The notes under the pieces are model-generated. The model saw only the letters and a program-made list of their open reading frames with translations, did not search any database and had not been told where the DNA came from. A DNA stretch of 64,000 bases from Anthoceros angustus (taxonomy: Eukaryota; Plantae; Anthocerotophyta), in assembly GCA_010909165.1 (NCBI GenBank), contig VJWM01000297.1, forward strand, positions 1 to 64,000, written 5' to 3'. The translations under genes were made by a program, and so were the position numbers. Of the stretch, positions 50,528 to 64,000 are shown in pieces; within the stretch, counting starts at the first letter, position 1; each line of letters starts with the position of its first letter.

Positions 50528-52805
50528 TCATGCTTCAACTTGCATCTTCTCGGCTTCCTCACGGATGGACTGGAAGAGGACGGATGAGAGGTAACGCTCA
50601 CCAAAACTAGGCAGAACCACCTGGGCAAGACAGAGCAGGAGGAGACGGAGCCAGCTTAGACGAAGACCCAGAGAGCACTCCGACCGCTTGCGCTGAGCAA
50701 ACATACACGTACCGCGATGAGCTTTCCTGCATTTTCAGGCCTCTTGCCCACTTGGATGGCTGCAGCGGCAGCTGCCCCAGAAGAGATACCAACCTAGGGA
50801 GGCACACACAACCACATATGTGAGGTGACAATGCAACTTCCTGAGCGAGCTCCAGTAACTGCGTTCAACTGTACCTACCAGCAAACCTTCCTTCAGCGCC
50901 AGTTGCTTGGCCATCTCGACAGCCTCAGCACTAGAGATCTGCCATGCAGGGCATCATCATACTTTGTCAGACTGCAAACCTTAAACGGTCTTTCAGAAAT
51001 GCCGCCAAAGGGCACCTTCAAAATCCTGCGCTAGCACCAAGGAGCACCTTTACATGCACGATACATAGGCCGACCAAAAAGATCGGTAATGACTGTGCCC
51101 ACCTGGATGACCTCATCCAAAACCTCGACATCCAAAATGCTTGGAATAAAACCTGCACCAATGCCTTGGATTTTATGAGGGCCTGCAGGTCAACCAGCTA
51201 GGACTGTCAAAGAAATCCCAAACACTGGATAGATCAGATTGATACTATCCAAGAACCTTTCCTACCAGGCTTGCCTCCTGATAGTATGTTGCTCTCAGTA
51301 GGCTCCACACCAACCACCTGCATGACCCAGCAGAACTCGTAAGAGGCTGCTCAGAGCTGGATATGCAATCAAAATGTCCTTAAGCTTTTGCTGATATAAC
51401 CTACCTTGACTTTGGGATTCTTGGACTTCAGAAAATGGCCTACTCCAGTGACTGTTCCACCTGTGCCGATTCCAGCAACAATGATATCCACTTTGCCTGC
51501 AGTATCTTCCCAAATCTCAGGACCTGTTGTCTCAAAATGGACCTGCACACGTGCATTATTTCTTAGAGTGCCAGAAAGCACAGCATGAATATGATCATGA
51601 TGTACAACTGTATCCCAGACTAAACGTACCTTGGGGTTGGCAGGGTTTTCAAACTGCTGCAACATGTAGGAGTTGGGAGTTTTCTTGAGGATTTCCTCTG
51701 CTTTCTGCACAGCACCCTTCATGCCCTTGGCTGGATCCGTAAGGATCAATTCAGCACCAAAAGCCCGCAACAATATCCGACGTTCCAGACTCATTGACGC
51801 AGGCATGGTCAAGATAAGTTTGTAACCCTTGGCTGCCGCAATAAAGGCCAAACCAATTCCCGTATTGCCACTAGTTGGCTCCACAAGAACGGTCTGCACA
51901 TCCAGGACTTCAATCAGGCGCAGCTCCACCAGCCCGGCCCAGTGCACCCAGTCCAAAGCATCCGATCCAACAAGCCACACGGCAACTCACCTTCCCAGGG
52001 GTTATCGCCCCTTTGCTCTCTGCATCAGTTATCATGCTATAGCCAATCCTGCAGTTCACGGACAAACCCCAACAGTCAGTTTCGGCGGTAAAGGACGCAA
52101 AACGGATAGGACGATGAAGCCCGCGAGCCTAAGCTTGATCAAGGCAGTCAACGCTTCAGAAGAGGAAAACTCCATGTTGCCAAGCAAGCCAACAGTAAAT
52201 AAAAACCTCGTCCTCACCTATCCTTTACGCTACAGCATGGTTCCATGATTTCCAGCTTGGCGGCAATATTTGCCACAGAACCTTCCACGACCTTATTGAG
52301 ATACACCATCGGCGTCTTCCCTATCAGCTGGCAAAATTCAAAGGCACAAGCTGTTACAAACACCGAAACCAAACCCCAGGTCCTGCTGAGTATCCCAATT
52401 GCCAGGCGCATCCGATTCCACCGCAAGGCAAACGCAGGCACGGGCAGAGACGTGCAAAGCAGTGCGGCAGAGCAGGCGCGCCCAGCCCACCTGAGTGACA
52501 TCCTCCGCAATGTTGAGGCCCTCCAGGGCGTCCTTGTCCGTCTCCGCGGGGGCCTCCGCCGCCACGGCGTCCAGCTTGCTATCCACTCGCAGCTTCTCCA
52601 TGTGCGTGGTCACTGCGTCCACCCTGCGGACTTGCGATAAGCGCTTGGCCGACAGCCTCGGTACCGTTAAGGTGCTGGTGGCTCCCAGTCGAAGTGCACC
52701 GCAAGAAGAGCCCGAGGACGAGGCGGCAGCTGACGAGCAGGGCGCGTCAAGCACGCGGGAAGAGACCGAGGCAGACAGGCGAGCGGCAGCGGTGGCGGCA
52801 GCCAT
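50528..52805 (-). CDS. OAS-TL: Cysteine synthase / O-acetylserine(thiol)lyase, organellar (transit peptide), multi-exon
   Basis: Ala/Ser-rich transit peptide, then IAEDVTQ|[13 protein letters not shown]...[98 protein letters not shown]. Confidence 0.97.
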
Positions 52806-54696
52806 GATTACTGATGTGTCTCTATATGTGTATCGCAGAGCTTCCTTCCAGAGTGTCCTCGTTGGGATCGATGGAGACAGCCTCGGAAGCAGGCTTGGAA
52901 GCTGGCCAGATGCACAATGCGACGTTAGTGCGGCCTGCTCACCTTACCTTCCTGGTGCGACCACGCGCCGCCCAATCCTTCGCCTGCAGGCTACTCTTGC
53001 ACTACCTACGCGCAGTTCCAGTAAACACTTCACGATGGTCAATTCTCACATTCTTACATCATGTTGTGCTGCATTGCTAAACACCCACCATCTAAACCGA
53101 CGCCAGACTGCGTACCGTTGATCGGACTGTAGAACTCGTTTAACCCCAGAAGGACGAATCGACTCAAAATGAATCAATAGTCCTGCCCTTTCAGTCTTGT
53201 GCTTTTTTTGACAATCCGCCTTGCCTTCGGACCCCTTGAGCGAACTACGCTGAGAGCATATGGAGAAAGGACAATTCTTGAGATGAAAAAACGGACTGCA
53301 ATTTCATGGCTGGAATCGGAGATGCCGCAAGATGCTTCCCAACCAGCACTGCAGACTGTTGAGTTTAGCGAACCCGAGACACGCCGTCCCCGCGAGTTGT
53401 AGCTGGTGGTAGATTAGTCCACCCCCACAATCCCTTGACGGAGGGAACTCTCGGGGTGAGGGTAGCTCCCGTGGCTATGTTTTAGGCATCAATTTTTCAG
53501 TTAAAAAAAATTAATTCATGTACCCGGGACTCCGATGAGCCCCAATTTTTCAGAGGATGTGCAGAGGGTGCTAGCATGTCTCCAAAAAGCTTGCTCACGC
53601 AGCGGATTCATGTGGCATTCTCCCCGGCCGGAGATGCTGGCAAAATTGTGGGCAATGCACCCAGGGCTCGTTTTATTCCCCTTGAAGGTATGGATGGAGG
53701 AGATGAGCATGCTAATTGTGGTCCGGACCACCAGCACACCTTCACATTATTTTTCTTGATTTAGTTATCTCAAAGAAATCAAAATAGAGAAAAACCCCCT
53801 CTTGGCCTGTTGGGGTTAATGTCACTATGCTGATCACACTTGCACATGGGCAATATCGGTAATGATCATTATTATTTAGGCTCATAAATATGAGGTGACT
53901 AGTATTGTTAAGTACTCTTTGTTCTTTGAAGATCGTTTTTCTACTGCTCTCGACGATAGCCTCGACCAATTCTTCTGAACCCCGTTTCGATCCGATCGTG
54001 ATCTCTGTTCACCAAAAGAAATTTGTAATCGAATATGTACATGGCGATTTCCCACTGTACGACAAGAGGCATTAGTAGCTCGGCTGCGATTGCGCGATTG
54101 CGCGACCAACCACGCGCCGCGCGGTCTGAGATATTTCTAGATAATTCCTGACGAAAGTATTCTCAACATGCCAGTACAGACCCTACACGCAACGAACCTG
54201 CCTTTTCCCCGAGAGATGCAACTCCAAGTTTCAACCTGCACAAAGTGGGCTCCATGTGAACGAAGCCGCTGACGGGAAAGGAATAGGATCGCGTCGCCCG
54301 GCCCGAGTCAACTCCGTGCCATTATCTACTGATCCACAGAGCATCATGAGTACAGGATGCATTTTGGGTCACCAGAAAGTTACATTAATGATACAAAAAT
54401 GAATTTTACCACAAATGAATAGCACCACATTGCAGACCACAAGCCCTGTCAGCTATACATAAAGGATCTGAGACGTTACCTACTCAAAAACATGCAGTGT
54501 ATGTTACATGATAGCCTCTGCGTTGACAAGGAGGCAGGATTGTGAACCTTTCTGGATTCACACACAGCACAGGCAGCAGAAAGTTCCGAAGAAGCTAGCA
54601 GCCAAGAACCTGTGAGCGGCCAGCTTCTGATAACTGACCTCAACGTACTGTTGTGGCCGAATACCCCTAGGACTTCAGCCAACCGCCCCAAATTGA

Positions 54697-56881
54697 CTAG
54701 GTTGACCTCCGCAATTTTGTGTTCAGAGGAGGTTCCTTGTAGGAGGCAATGCATGCGGTTGCCCTCCTCATTGGCCTTCCAGACACTGCACTTACAAGTG
54801 CTCGTTTCTGAGATAACTCTGGACTCTCCACTTTCAAAGCAACAGGACTTAGTCCGTGGCGTGACCGTTTCATGTCCTTGTCTGTGTCGGGCTCCATCTT
54901 TGCTGCTAGTCTTCTTCTATCGGGTGCACCAGTAGCACATTCCAAGTTCTCAGGTGAGCCAACAGCTTCCATAACAACACTACTTGGTCTTCGAAGACGT
55001 CCCTGCTTCTGGAGCTTGACAGCTGGCTTCAGATAATCTTCTGCTGCAGCTGAAGACACTGCTCTGCCAGTTTCTGACAGCAAGGACGGGCTTTCAAACG
55101 CATCAGCTGGGCTATCTTCCCTTGCTGAGCTGGAGATCGTTTCATCACCCTCACACAATCTGTCCATGGCCTCATGCTCCAGAACTTTGTATTGCCGGCT
55201 GTGAATACTCTTGGGTACAGCCAAGAGCACTTCCTGTGGAACCTTATATGGATCTTCCTTCGTTGCAGCAATACCCCTTGACCTCAGGCTCAGCCTGCAA
55301 ACAATTTGGAACAAGACTTGGTCAAACCTCTTTCACCTCGACCTTCAGAACTTTAGGCTGTGTCATATAGTTTACTCCACAGTGATTGACAGTACCTTCT
55401 ATACGTAGGAGGCTCATCTTTCATGCACGCAGACTCACTGCTGCCTGGCCTAGAATTTTGCATGTCCTCCAATAGCTGACCTGCAGGGCGAATGTATGGT
55501 AACATACTCCCAACACCAGATAGTGCTCAGAAAAGGGTCTTGACAGAACGGCACCTGGGGTCATGCTATGTCTTTTGGTCGAAGAAGCCTTACTCCGAGT
55601 TCTCAATGTTGTGGTTGAGCCTTTGCACACATTCTGCACATAGGAACATACACATAATCAACATAAAGGGGCAACAATGTGACACAATGCCTGGTAGAAC
55701 GCCTCTTATCAACCATACCTGCATCTGCTTGTCCATTAGGAGCATATTTCGGCTGTGTTCCAGTTCTTCAAGTCTAAGCTGCAAGTAGTTTAGAGAGTCA
55801 GGTTACTATGTAATCAAGGTGCCAATACAATATGACTAATCCCTAATAGCATCATTGCAAAGCGGCCGCTAGCAACTTTCTAAGACCAATGAATGTACAT
55901 GGCTAGTGCATATCGTCTATTGCTAGGACACTTGCACACGTCATTAGGGATATTGCTTTCCCTGCTGCCACAGAACATGGGAACAATATGGTTAGGTTAG
56001 AATTGGCAGTTTCATTGGCATACCCGAAGCTCAGCTTCCATAATCCTGAACATAGACGCCATCTGGTTGTGCTCATGCTGCAAAATTTTCATCTGTAGAA
56101 GTCCAGCAAATGACATGAGCTAAACACCTCTCACACGCATCAGGTCCACCACCCCACAAAAATCTCTGTGCACAAGCGGAAGTACTATGGTATTACTTGC
56201 TCCCTCAGTTGAAGATTTTCCTGTCAATGCCAACATTATCAGGCTGTCATGCCCTTTTACCACTCGAGAACAAAAAAGTGAGTATGGCAGGAGATACTAT
56301 TTTAACCGGTCTCTGCAGTCGTTTTGACAAGTGAACTTAGGACAATCAAAGGTTTTGTTCTAACCTTGGACAGCCTGGTATTGTGAAATATTATCTCCTC
56401 ATTCACAGCGGCTCTACGATGCAAATTGAACGTGTACTCCTTTTGAAGCTTTTGCACCTGCTCGGTCTGCGCTGCAATCATCGCACTAAGACCTTCGGGT
56501 TAAGGAGAAAACAGCGAAGAGGTACAAAAAGAACTAGGTTCACGCTGCAAAACTGCAAGGTCTGCCAACACATGAAACTAGGAAAGGATACTCCTTCTCG
56601 GACAACAATTTCGTCAACGTGAATATCTCCTGCAGCATACAACATTCAAGACAAGCTTGATGCACGAAACAAATTGCAGCAAAACTGGCCACTTTAGAGC
56701 GACAGACTGGAAACATAAAGAATTGATACAGCAGCCATACCTTCTGTAGTTCCTTGTCTTTGTTGGAAGGAATTAAATTATCCAGGCTGGCCGTGAACAG
56801 CGGCAGGTTTGTTAGATCAGACAGACGCCTCCTGTGACCTGGGGTGGCAGAGGCGCGCTTCCCTTGCCTATCGCCCCCCAT
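54697..56881 (-). CDS. SGO1: Shugoshin, multi-exon
   Basis: N-terminal RRRLSDLTN, coiled-coil exons (VQKLQKEY..., KILQHEHNQM..., LRLEELE), and the C-terminal SGO motif GRPMRRATACIASYKEPPLNTKLRR. The exact first and last exons are uncertain. Confidence 0.85.
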
Positions 56882-58323
56882 ACCGGTTGTAATACCGAAT
56901 GGAGCGATATCGTCTTGGTGGACTACCTATCTATCGTGTTTACCCTACCCACTATGCGGCGACTCCATCGCAGCCAGGAGACAAAGAGCAACCTGCTCTC
57001 TAGCAAGTGTAGAAGAAACCAGATCTGTTCATGATGCTGCAGACACGCGGAAGACTCAAGGACAGAAATGGTGCAACCATCAGTCACAACGTGAACACAG
57101 ATAACCCGGACGGATCATTCGACCCAGTACATTGTTCCTCTTCGGCCAGGCGAGGTTCACCGCTGCCTTGCTCTCATCCTTCATGTGATCACGGACACCC
57201 AGGCAAGTGGTCAGACACCAATGTTGCCCAGCATCAGTGATGCTACTCAGGATGCTCAGGTCTCAACTCCAGCCTGCCGCTTGATGGCCGGAAAGGGGCA
57301 AATTCCGGCAAGCACCATACTCTTCCTGCTGCATTTCAAATGTCTCCGCCTGCTGCTCTGAGCCGTGAAATGGAAGCAAATAATGATCGTACCAGTAAAT
57401 CCACGCTGTATCCACTGCCACAACGTCCAAGGCCGCTCTCCAGGTGTTCTATGCTTGCGAGGGGAGTGGAGCTGAACGCGGTCGCGAAAGCACGGCAAAC
57501 CGGCAGAAAATTTTCGAAGGCCAGCCCGCTCCAACTTTCAACGGCTACCTAGTTTCTTGGGAACCGCTTGCACCTCGTAGCGCCGACTACGTCCACCCCG
57601 ACATATGTAGGTTGTTAAAAAATTATAATGTGCACAACCCTTAGGAGGCATTTCTTATAAGCTCTGTATTTTATACAGGTCCCGGCATATATAGGTAGGT
57701 AGTTAGTCTTTGATCGGTCCATCCCATCTTCATACATTGACAATTATTATTATTTTTTATTTTATTATAATAAATGATAATTTTATATTTATTATATATT
57801 AGTATAGTATCCTCTATTTTTATTATTATTCATGATTTAAAACTTTATTGAGGAAGTAGCTTTGGAAACAGCAAAATCCTACATAAGGGACCCCAAGTGG
57901 TTTGTAGAACAAGTACTCACCAAAACATCACGGAAGGCTATACCCGGCTAGAGACCAACCCATCTGAGCAGCCTGAAGTATCAAATCTAGTGAAAGGGCC
58001 TAAGCACAACATTATCCCATATTGGGAGATAAGGCTCGAGATCCTCCAATTCTTCCATCATCTTTGTGAGCAAGACAAGCTCTTGGGTAATAAAGCCATC
58101 ACTTTCATCCTCTTCCTTAGTAAGCTCAAAACCTTTGTGAAATTTTCTTCTCTCACCGTGGATCTAGTCTTGTCTTAGCAGCTTGGTCTTAGCACCTTCA
58201 AACATTATCAAACATGGAGAAGGAGCAATCAAATCTGGCAAGAATATTGTCATATACAATAAGGGGATTATATTTATATTCCTCTTAAATTCCGAACAAT
58301 TGAACTAGACTCAATACCTGGTC

Positions 58324-60861
58324 TCATTCCACCCTCTCCGTTTTTAATCTGGAGATGAAGTCGGCATTAACATGCTTCCTGCCTTCTCTCGTCTCAACAG
58401 TAAAGGTGAACTCTTGAAGCAGCAAAATCCAATGGGCTATGCGTCCCAAAAGGTCAACGTTGTTCACAAGGTGCTTGAGAGCAAAATGGTCAACATGGAA
58501 CACAAACTCATACGAAAGTAAGTAGTGTCTGAATTTTCTGACCGAGTAGACCATTCTAAGTGCCTCGCGCTCTGTGGTGGTATACTTTCGCTCTGCGTCC
58601 GTCAGTTGTCGCCCAGCATGGTAGATCGGATAATTTTTCTTCTTTTCATCCCTCTGGCTAAGAACCGATCCGATGGCGAAGGCTGAAACGTCAACAAAAA
58701 CATGAAATTTCTTTCTCCAATCAGGCCCCCTCAGCGTTGGCACTGTAGCCAGTGTCATTCGTAGGTCCTGGAATGCCTCCTCTCGCTCCGACGTCCATTC
58801 CCACACCTGATCCTTTCTCAACAGACCCGTTAGTGGGGCAGCCTGTTTGGCGAAATTTGGAACGAAGCGTCTGTAATACCCAACCATTCCAAGGAAACCA
58901 TGAAGCTCCTTCAGCGTTGTTGGAGCTCTAAGGGCAGCTATCACCTTTACCTTATCTGGATCAACTTCTATACCTCGATCCGAAATTCGATGCCCCAACA
59001 GGATACCTTCCGACATGCCAAAGTAGCACTTCTCTAGATGCAAACACTATTGTGTTGCACGACATTGTCCCAGACACTTTTGAAGGTGCATCAAATTGTC
59101 CTTCACAGTTCCAAACACGCAAAAGTCGTCCAAGAAAACTTCCATAAAGTCCCGGAGGAAGTCCTTGAATATTTTGACAATAGCCCGCATGAAGGAACCA
59201 GGTGCCCCTATCAACCCGAATGCATTGCGTTTGTAGGCGTATGTTCCCCAATCCGCTAGTTGGCGTGGCCACTTTCCACGAGATGTTGTAAATCAAGTGC
59301 CCATCCAAGAAGGAATAAGCCATCCTGCCTGTGACCAGAGCTAAAATGTTGTCGATGAAGGGCAACGGAAAATGATCCTTCTTAGTGACTTTATTCAACC
59401 TTCGCCAATCCTGGCAAACCCGGATCTTACCCGACTGTCTCTTAGGCACCACAACGATCGGAGCTACCCATTCTGTGTTGACGATAGGATAGATCACATC
59501 CGCTTTGAGATACGGCTCCAACTGATCTTTTACCTTCAATGAGTACTTGGGGTTTAACTTGTACTGAATTTATCATCCTTGCTCCAGTCGTTCTTATGCT
59601 CTCCCCACTCTTTGGGTATACCCTGCATGTCGGTTACATCGGAGGCAAAGACGTCGATGAATACCGCAAGCAACTGTTTCATGCCCTCCTTAAGCGCTGC
59701 GCTCATTTTTGGAGAATTTGAGCACTTTTCCTGGAAGTACCTCAACGTCTTTGATTTCATCCGCTTGTACCCATTCACGCTCCACCGGTGCGGAACTGAC
59801 TCCAAACCCTTCCTCTGGCTCTCGCGGCTCTTCTTCTCGCATGCCCCATTCTTTGAACAGATCTTTCGAGGTGAAGCGCGTGATGCCTGTTCCATTCTCC
59901 TCAACCGATTGTTCCTGCACTTCGCTCCCTCCTTCTTCCATCAAAATTCCAATGCAACATAAATACATTATAACAAAATTTCACCGACACCGTGTGGGAT
60001 ATCTCTCCGATAATCATGTTCCTCATCAGACCAGGAGATGTGCGCGAAAGGGAACCTATCTTCTCCATCCGTCTCCCCTGATGTGTCCTCAGCTGTGGTA
60101 TACCCGTCCGTTTCTGTTGGGGTCTCGCCAGCGTACATATCCCTACTCCAGGATAAGCAAATCCTACCCTCCTTAGTCTTAGGATCCCACTCGAGAGGTT
60201 TGAAGCCATCTTCCTTTCTTCCCCACTTGAGCGTGCATTGCGATCCATACATCCAAGTTCGACCAATTAAAACGTTATACCCCGGCGACTTCTGCTTGAT
60301 GACTACATAATCCATTAGATAGGGAATGGTTCCGATGGTCGTTAGCATGCGTGTCAATTCCCCTACCGGCACCATTCTGGACATGTCTGCCAGCTGCAAA
60401 ACTTTGGAGGTATGCTCGATTTCCAACCCCAATTTCCTAGCCGTGTCCTCTGTCATGATATTCACGCCCGAACCAGTATCGAGAGGTACCCCTTTAATGA
60501 CGCACCCCGAGATCTCTACTTGGAGTTCAGCTGGGCCTTGGTTAACCATGGATACCAGATTCACAGCAAGTGGCCTTGGTCCCGATTTAGGAAGGCTCCG
60601 CTTTTTCTTGGGTTGGGCTTCCTTCAATGCCCTCCTGATTTGCTGCCGATACCGCGGGTTGTCTCTAAGGAGTTGTCCGAATGTGATCATGAAATGCTGG
60701 TCCATGATGGCTTCCGCTAGGTTAAAAGGAGCACTTGCTCGTTCCTTCCCTCCACCAGGGTTTGTGTTGGTTCCTGGCCCCAGACCTATGCCCGAGGCAT
60801 GCGGCTCTCTCGTGGTGGCGGACTCTCGTGGGAGGTAGGAAACCGTGTCCGTGGATTCCAT
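58324..60861 (-). mobile_element. Ty3/gypsy retrotransposon pol: aspartic protease, reverse transcriptase, RNase H (frameshifted); gag core and integrase not recognised
   Basis: VPLDTGSGVNIM (protease). WVAPIVVVPK...IRVCQDWRRLNKVTKKDHFPLPFID (RT). GFLGMVGYYRRFVPNFA, FVDVSAFAIGSVL, YTTTEREAL, WILLLQEF, NADFISRL (RT/RNase H). Confidence 0.92.
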
Positions 60862-60942
60862 TACTGTATGCGTTTTCTAATTAAGGGCAAAGGACTCGCG
60901 AGTATGGAAGCAACGTGATACTTTACCTTGTGAAATCCTCCT

Positions 60943-60953
60943 CCTTTTATAGG
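60943..60953 (-). promoter_or_regulatory. TATA-like box (CCTATAAAAGG) ~85 bp upstream of the protease-containing ORF
   Basis: The plus strand reads ccttttatagg. This is a typical LTR-type TATA context. Confidence 0.4.
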
Positions 60954-61258
60954 AGGCCTTCCATATACAACCTCCCTTGCTGGGTGACCCTACTGCAGGT
61001 CACCTTTCCCAATATTTTATTGTTTCCTACCGCCAGTATTTAAGACCTGGCATCTAAGTCTATTGTCTGATTCACCTAAGATCGTCCTTAAAGACTGTCA
61101 GTCTACATCACCTATCCTTCCTATTCTCCCAAACTCATTTATGGTCTTTGACCATACCTAGTCCTCATCCTGCTGGGGTGGTGACGCGTCTCCTACGGAT
61201 TGGCCCCCTCGCCCTCTTTTTGCTCCTGTCCCCTCCCCAAATCCTGTCATCTTCCTAG

Positions 61259-63847
61259 CTTGTGGGGCAAGTACCATTTTGCCCCTTCCTCCTGCTCCGC
61301 GGAGCGGCGCCCCAATTCCCTTCACCCTTCAGGCAAGCGCGCCCCTTCCGCGTGCCCAGGCGCCTCTCATTCCAACCTCCTCCGCCTGGCTGCACTCCTT
61401 TTGCAAGCACTCTACCGTGGTAGTCTGGTAGACTACCCAGGAGGGCCGACTACCTCACCGTGGTAGTCCGGGTCCCTATCTCCTTCCCTTCCTTTTATCT
61501 CCTCATCGGTGATGTCTCCTGGGGTCGAGATCCTTTTTGCTCCTTTCCTCCTGTTGTTTGATTTGTCCATACCTATCATGGAGCATGTCTTCAAAGGATC
61601 CTCCCCCCCCCATTTGTTGACCGATGATGTCCGCCCTGCTAATTTCTCCGGGCCTTCTTCGCGTTGGTCTCCTCTCCTGGCCCCGGTTCCTCTCTTGTTC
61701 GTGGGGTGAGGGAATTTCTCACCCCTTCCTGTCCTCCGACCCCGTCCTTGATCTCTTCCGGTGGAGCTGCTCCCTCCACCGCTCTGTCTCCTTCCCCAAG
61801 GGGCATGCCGCCGGACCCCCCGGCCCTTCCGTCCTCAACCAGCCTCAGTGGCACAGCTCCCCTCGTCCTCAGTGATGCAGTGACCTCGTGATGTGACCTA
61901 CCACGGTAGTCTGGCAGACTACCATGGTAGGGTGGTCACCTACCGTGGTAGGGTGACCCCCTGTGAGGGTGGGCTGTCCACCCTCCTTGCTCTCCGCGCC
62001 ATCCTCCCCTCTTGGCGCCGCGGTCTCTCCTCCATCCCTTGATTCTCCAGACTCCTCGGAGTCCATATCACTTGTGGCCTCATCAAAATCAGAGGCCTCC
62101 TGCTGCACCTGCAGCAGCATCTGTCGGTCGTCATCATGAGGACTCAATGTCCTCCTCTTGGCCAAACGCAACACCTCGTTGTTGGCCTTCAGTATCCGGT
62201 TGTGGAGATGGGCTCCCAAGCTATGATATTGCATCTAGAGGTCATCAAGCTCCGTGGGCCATTCTCCATCCTCACACCTACCCTTGTAGGCGTCCCTTGC
62301 GGTGGTCAACTCTCCCACCTTCACATGGAGGGTCACATTCTCCTCCCTTGCTTCTCTTAGCTAGTTGGCCAATTTCGCCTGAAGGGCATAATCTGCCCAA
62401 AATCGTCTCTTCCTCACCACCAGCATCCCGTGCACCATTTTCTTGTGGTGCTCCTCCTCCTGGGATCTCCTCCGCTCCAAGTCCCCTAGTTGCTGAGCAA
62501 GTCTTTCCCTCTCCGCTTGCCAAGCAATCTTCTCGCGCTCCAGCTCTTGCAGTTGCTGGTCTTGAGCATCTAGCTCTGCGCGCTTCTCTTCCAAATTGTA
62601 CTAGGTTCTCCGCAACTCCTCTTCCATGTCCCGGATTTTGATGGCTTGAGTAGCCGTCACCTGCTCCTGCGCCTCTACTTAATTGCTGGACCGCCTACTT
62701 CTCTCTCCCTACAGCCTCGGTCTTGCTTCTCCGCTCCTGCTCTAGCTGGGCAAAATGCTCCTCCGCCTTTTGCCTCCATGACTCCCGTTGGGTTGTTGCC
62801 TGGATCGCTCTTTCCTCCGTTTGGGTCAACCTTCCCTCCAGGACCTTCTCCGCTCGCCGCTGGTCCACAAGATCTCGTTGGAGCTTCTCCACAGCCTTCT
62901 CCAACTTGGCTGCCTTCTTATCGGACTCCATGGCCTCCAATTGCCACTTGGTCCTTGCCCTTCTCTCTGTCATCTCCACAGGCCTTATTCGCCCGGACTT
63001 CCTCTTGACACGCCCATAAGGAGGCTGGCCCCCTTCAAATCCACACGGCTGAGCACCTCACAGGCACTCAGCAAATCTCCTAGGGGCCCCAATTCCGCCC
63101 CCGTCGGCTTCTTGCTGGAATTCTCCAGCCTTCCTGCACTCCTCGGGCCATCGCGCGGCGGCGTAGGCCCTCGCACCGTCGCCCCATCGGCCCTTCCGCC
63201 TAGCGCGGGTGATGGCGGCCTGGGCGCCGCCCGCGGCGCCTCGCGCTGCCCCTCCTTCCTCTTCTTTCCTAGAGGCGCTGGCTGGCGGGTGCCCGCCACT
63301 CTGCGGTGGCTAAAACCCCACTGCTAGTCTGCTACCTACCATGGTAGGCTGCCTCCACCGGGTAGGCCGACGGTGCCTCTCCTCGCACCCATGCAATGGT
63401 GGGAACTCCTCCTACCTTTGGGCTGCTCCCCTCCACCGTGGTAGTCTGCCTCATAGACTACCACTTGGCCCTCTATGGCCGGATTTTGCTCTTCTCCTCC
63501 TTGCTCCTCTTGTGGGCAAGTACCATTTGCCCTTCCTCCTGCTCCAGCGCCTGCCCCAATTCCCTTCACCCTTCAGGCAAGCGCGCCCCTTCCGCGTGCC
63601 CAGGCGCCTCTCATTCCAACCTCCTCCGCCTGGCTGCACTCCTTTTGCAAGCACTCTACCGTGGTAGTCTGGTAGACTACCGGAGTAGGCTGACTACCTA
63701 CCGTGGTAGTCTGGTCCCTATCTCCTTCCCTTCCTTTTATCTCCTCATCGGTGATGTCTCCTGGGGTCGAGATCCTTTTTGCTCCTTTCCTCCTGTTGTT
63801 TGATTTGTCCATACCTATCATGGAGCATGTCTTCAAAGAATCCTCCC
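61259..63847. repeat. ~345-bp direct repeat pair (61259-61604 and 63509-63847)
   Basis: cttgtgg(g)gcaagtaccattt...gagcatgtcttcaaag(g/a)atcctccc is near-identical in both copies. Confidence 0.92.
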
Positions 63848-63860
63848 ACCGCAACCGTGG
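61620..63860 (-). pseudogene. Degenerate retroelement accessory ORF with a long coiled coil
   Basis: Consecutive same-strand fragments: KAAKLEKAVEKLQRDLVDQRRAEKVLEGRL, EKRAELDAQDQQLQELERE, acidic SDFDEATSDMDSEESGE. They are separated by single stops or frameshifts. Confidence 0.5.
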
Positions 63861-64000
63861 CGCGACTTTCGACAGCCACCGCGCGCATAAATCCGTGTTG
63901 TAGCAGGGGTCCGTCCCAAGAGAATGATAGGCTCGGTTGGCACGTTTTCAACCGATTCTCACCCCAACGTCGCGGGATTCCGAGGCTGCATGCACGGGTT

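Noticed and set aside
57897-58320. Integrase continuation of the Ty3/gypsy pol
   Set aside because: No HHCC or DDE motif could be read in any frame.

Overview
Eukaryotic land-plant genomic DNA with short GT-AG introns (roughly 80-200 nt) and a PLS-type PPR remnant. A non-seed plant such as a hornwort is my inference and is not proven. Intact host genes: LST8 (+, 4137-6100), a tandem pair of SET/Rubisco-LSMT modules that probably splice into one double-SET gene (-, ~6.4-11.7 kb), a GDSL lipase (+), an organellar cysteine synthase/OAS-TL (-) and shugoshin (-). The centre (~13-47.6 kb) is a nest of DNA-transposon sequence: a CACTA/En-Spm TnpD plus two different Transposase_24/TnpA-like genes, a PIF/Harbinger transposase and Myb/SANT remnants. 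Almost every part of it occurs as 2-3 local tandem copies that differ by small deletions, which suggests unpolished long-read sequence. The ends of the window carry an L1-like LINE remnant (left) and a Ty3/gypsy pol with a coiled-coil accessory ORF (right). The standout is 43597-46262 (-): an intron-containing gene that fuses a ParB-like domain to a bacterial-type beta-class N4-cytosine/N6-adenine DNA methyltransferase. It is surrounded by about 11 copies of the 20-bp palindrome GGCGCCGGCATGCCGGCGCC and further hairpin arrays, and lies directly beside the Harbinger transposase. All domain calls are from motif recognition by eye, and no database search was run.
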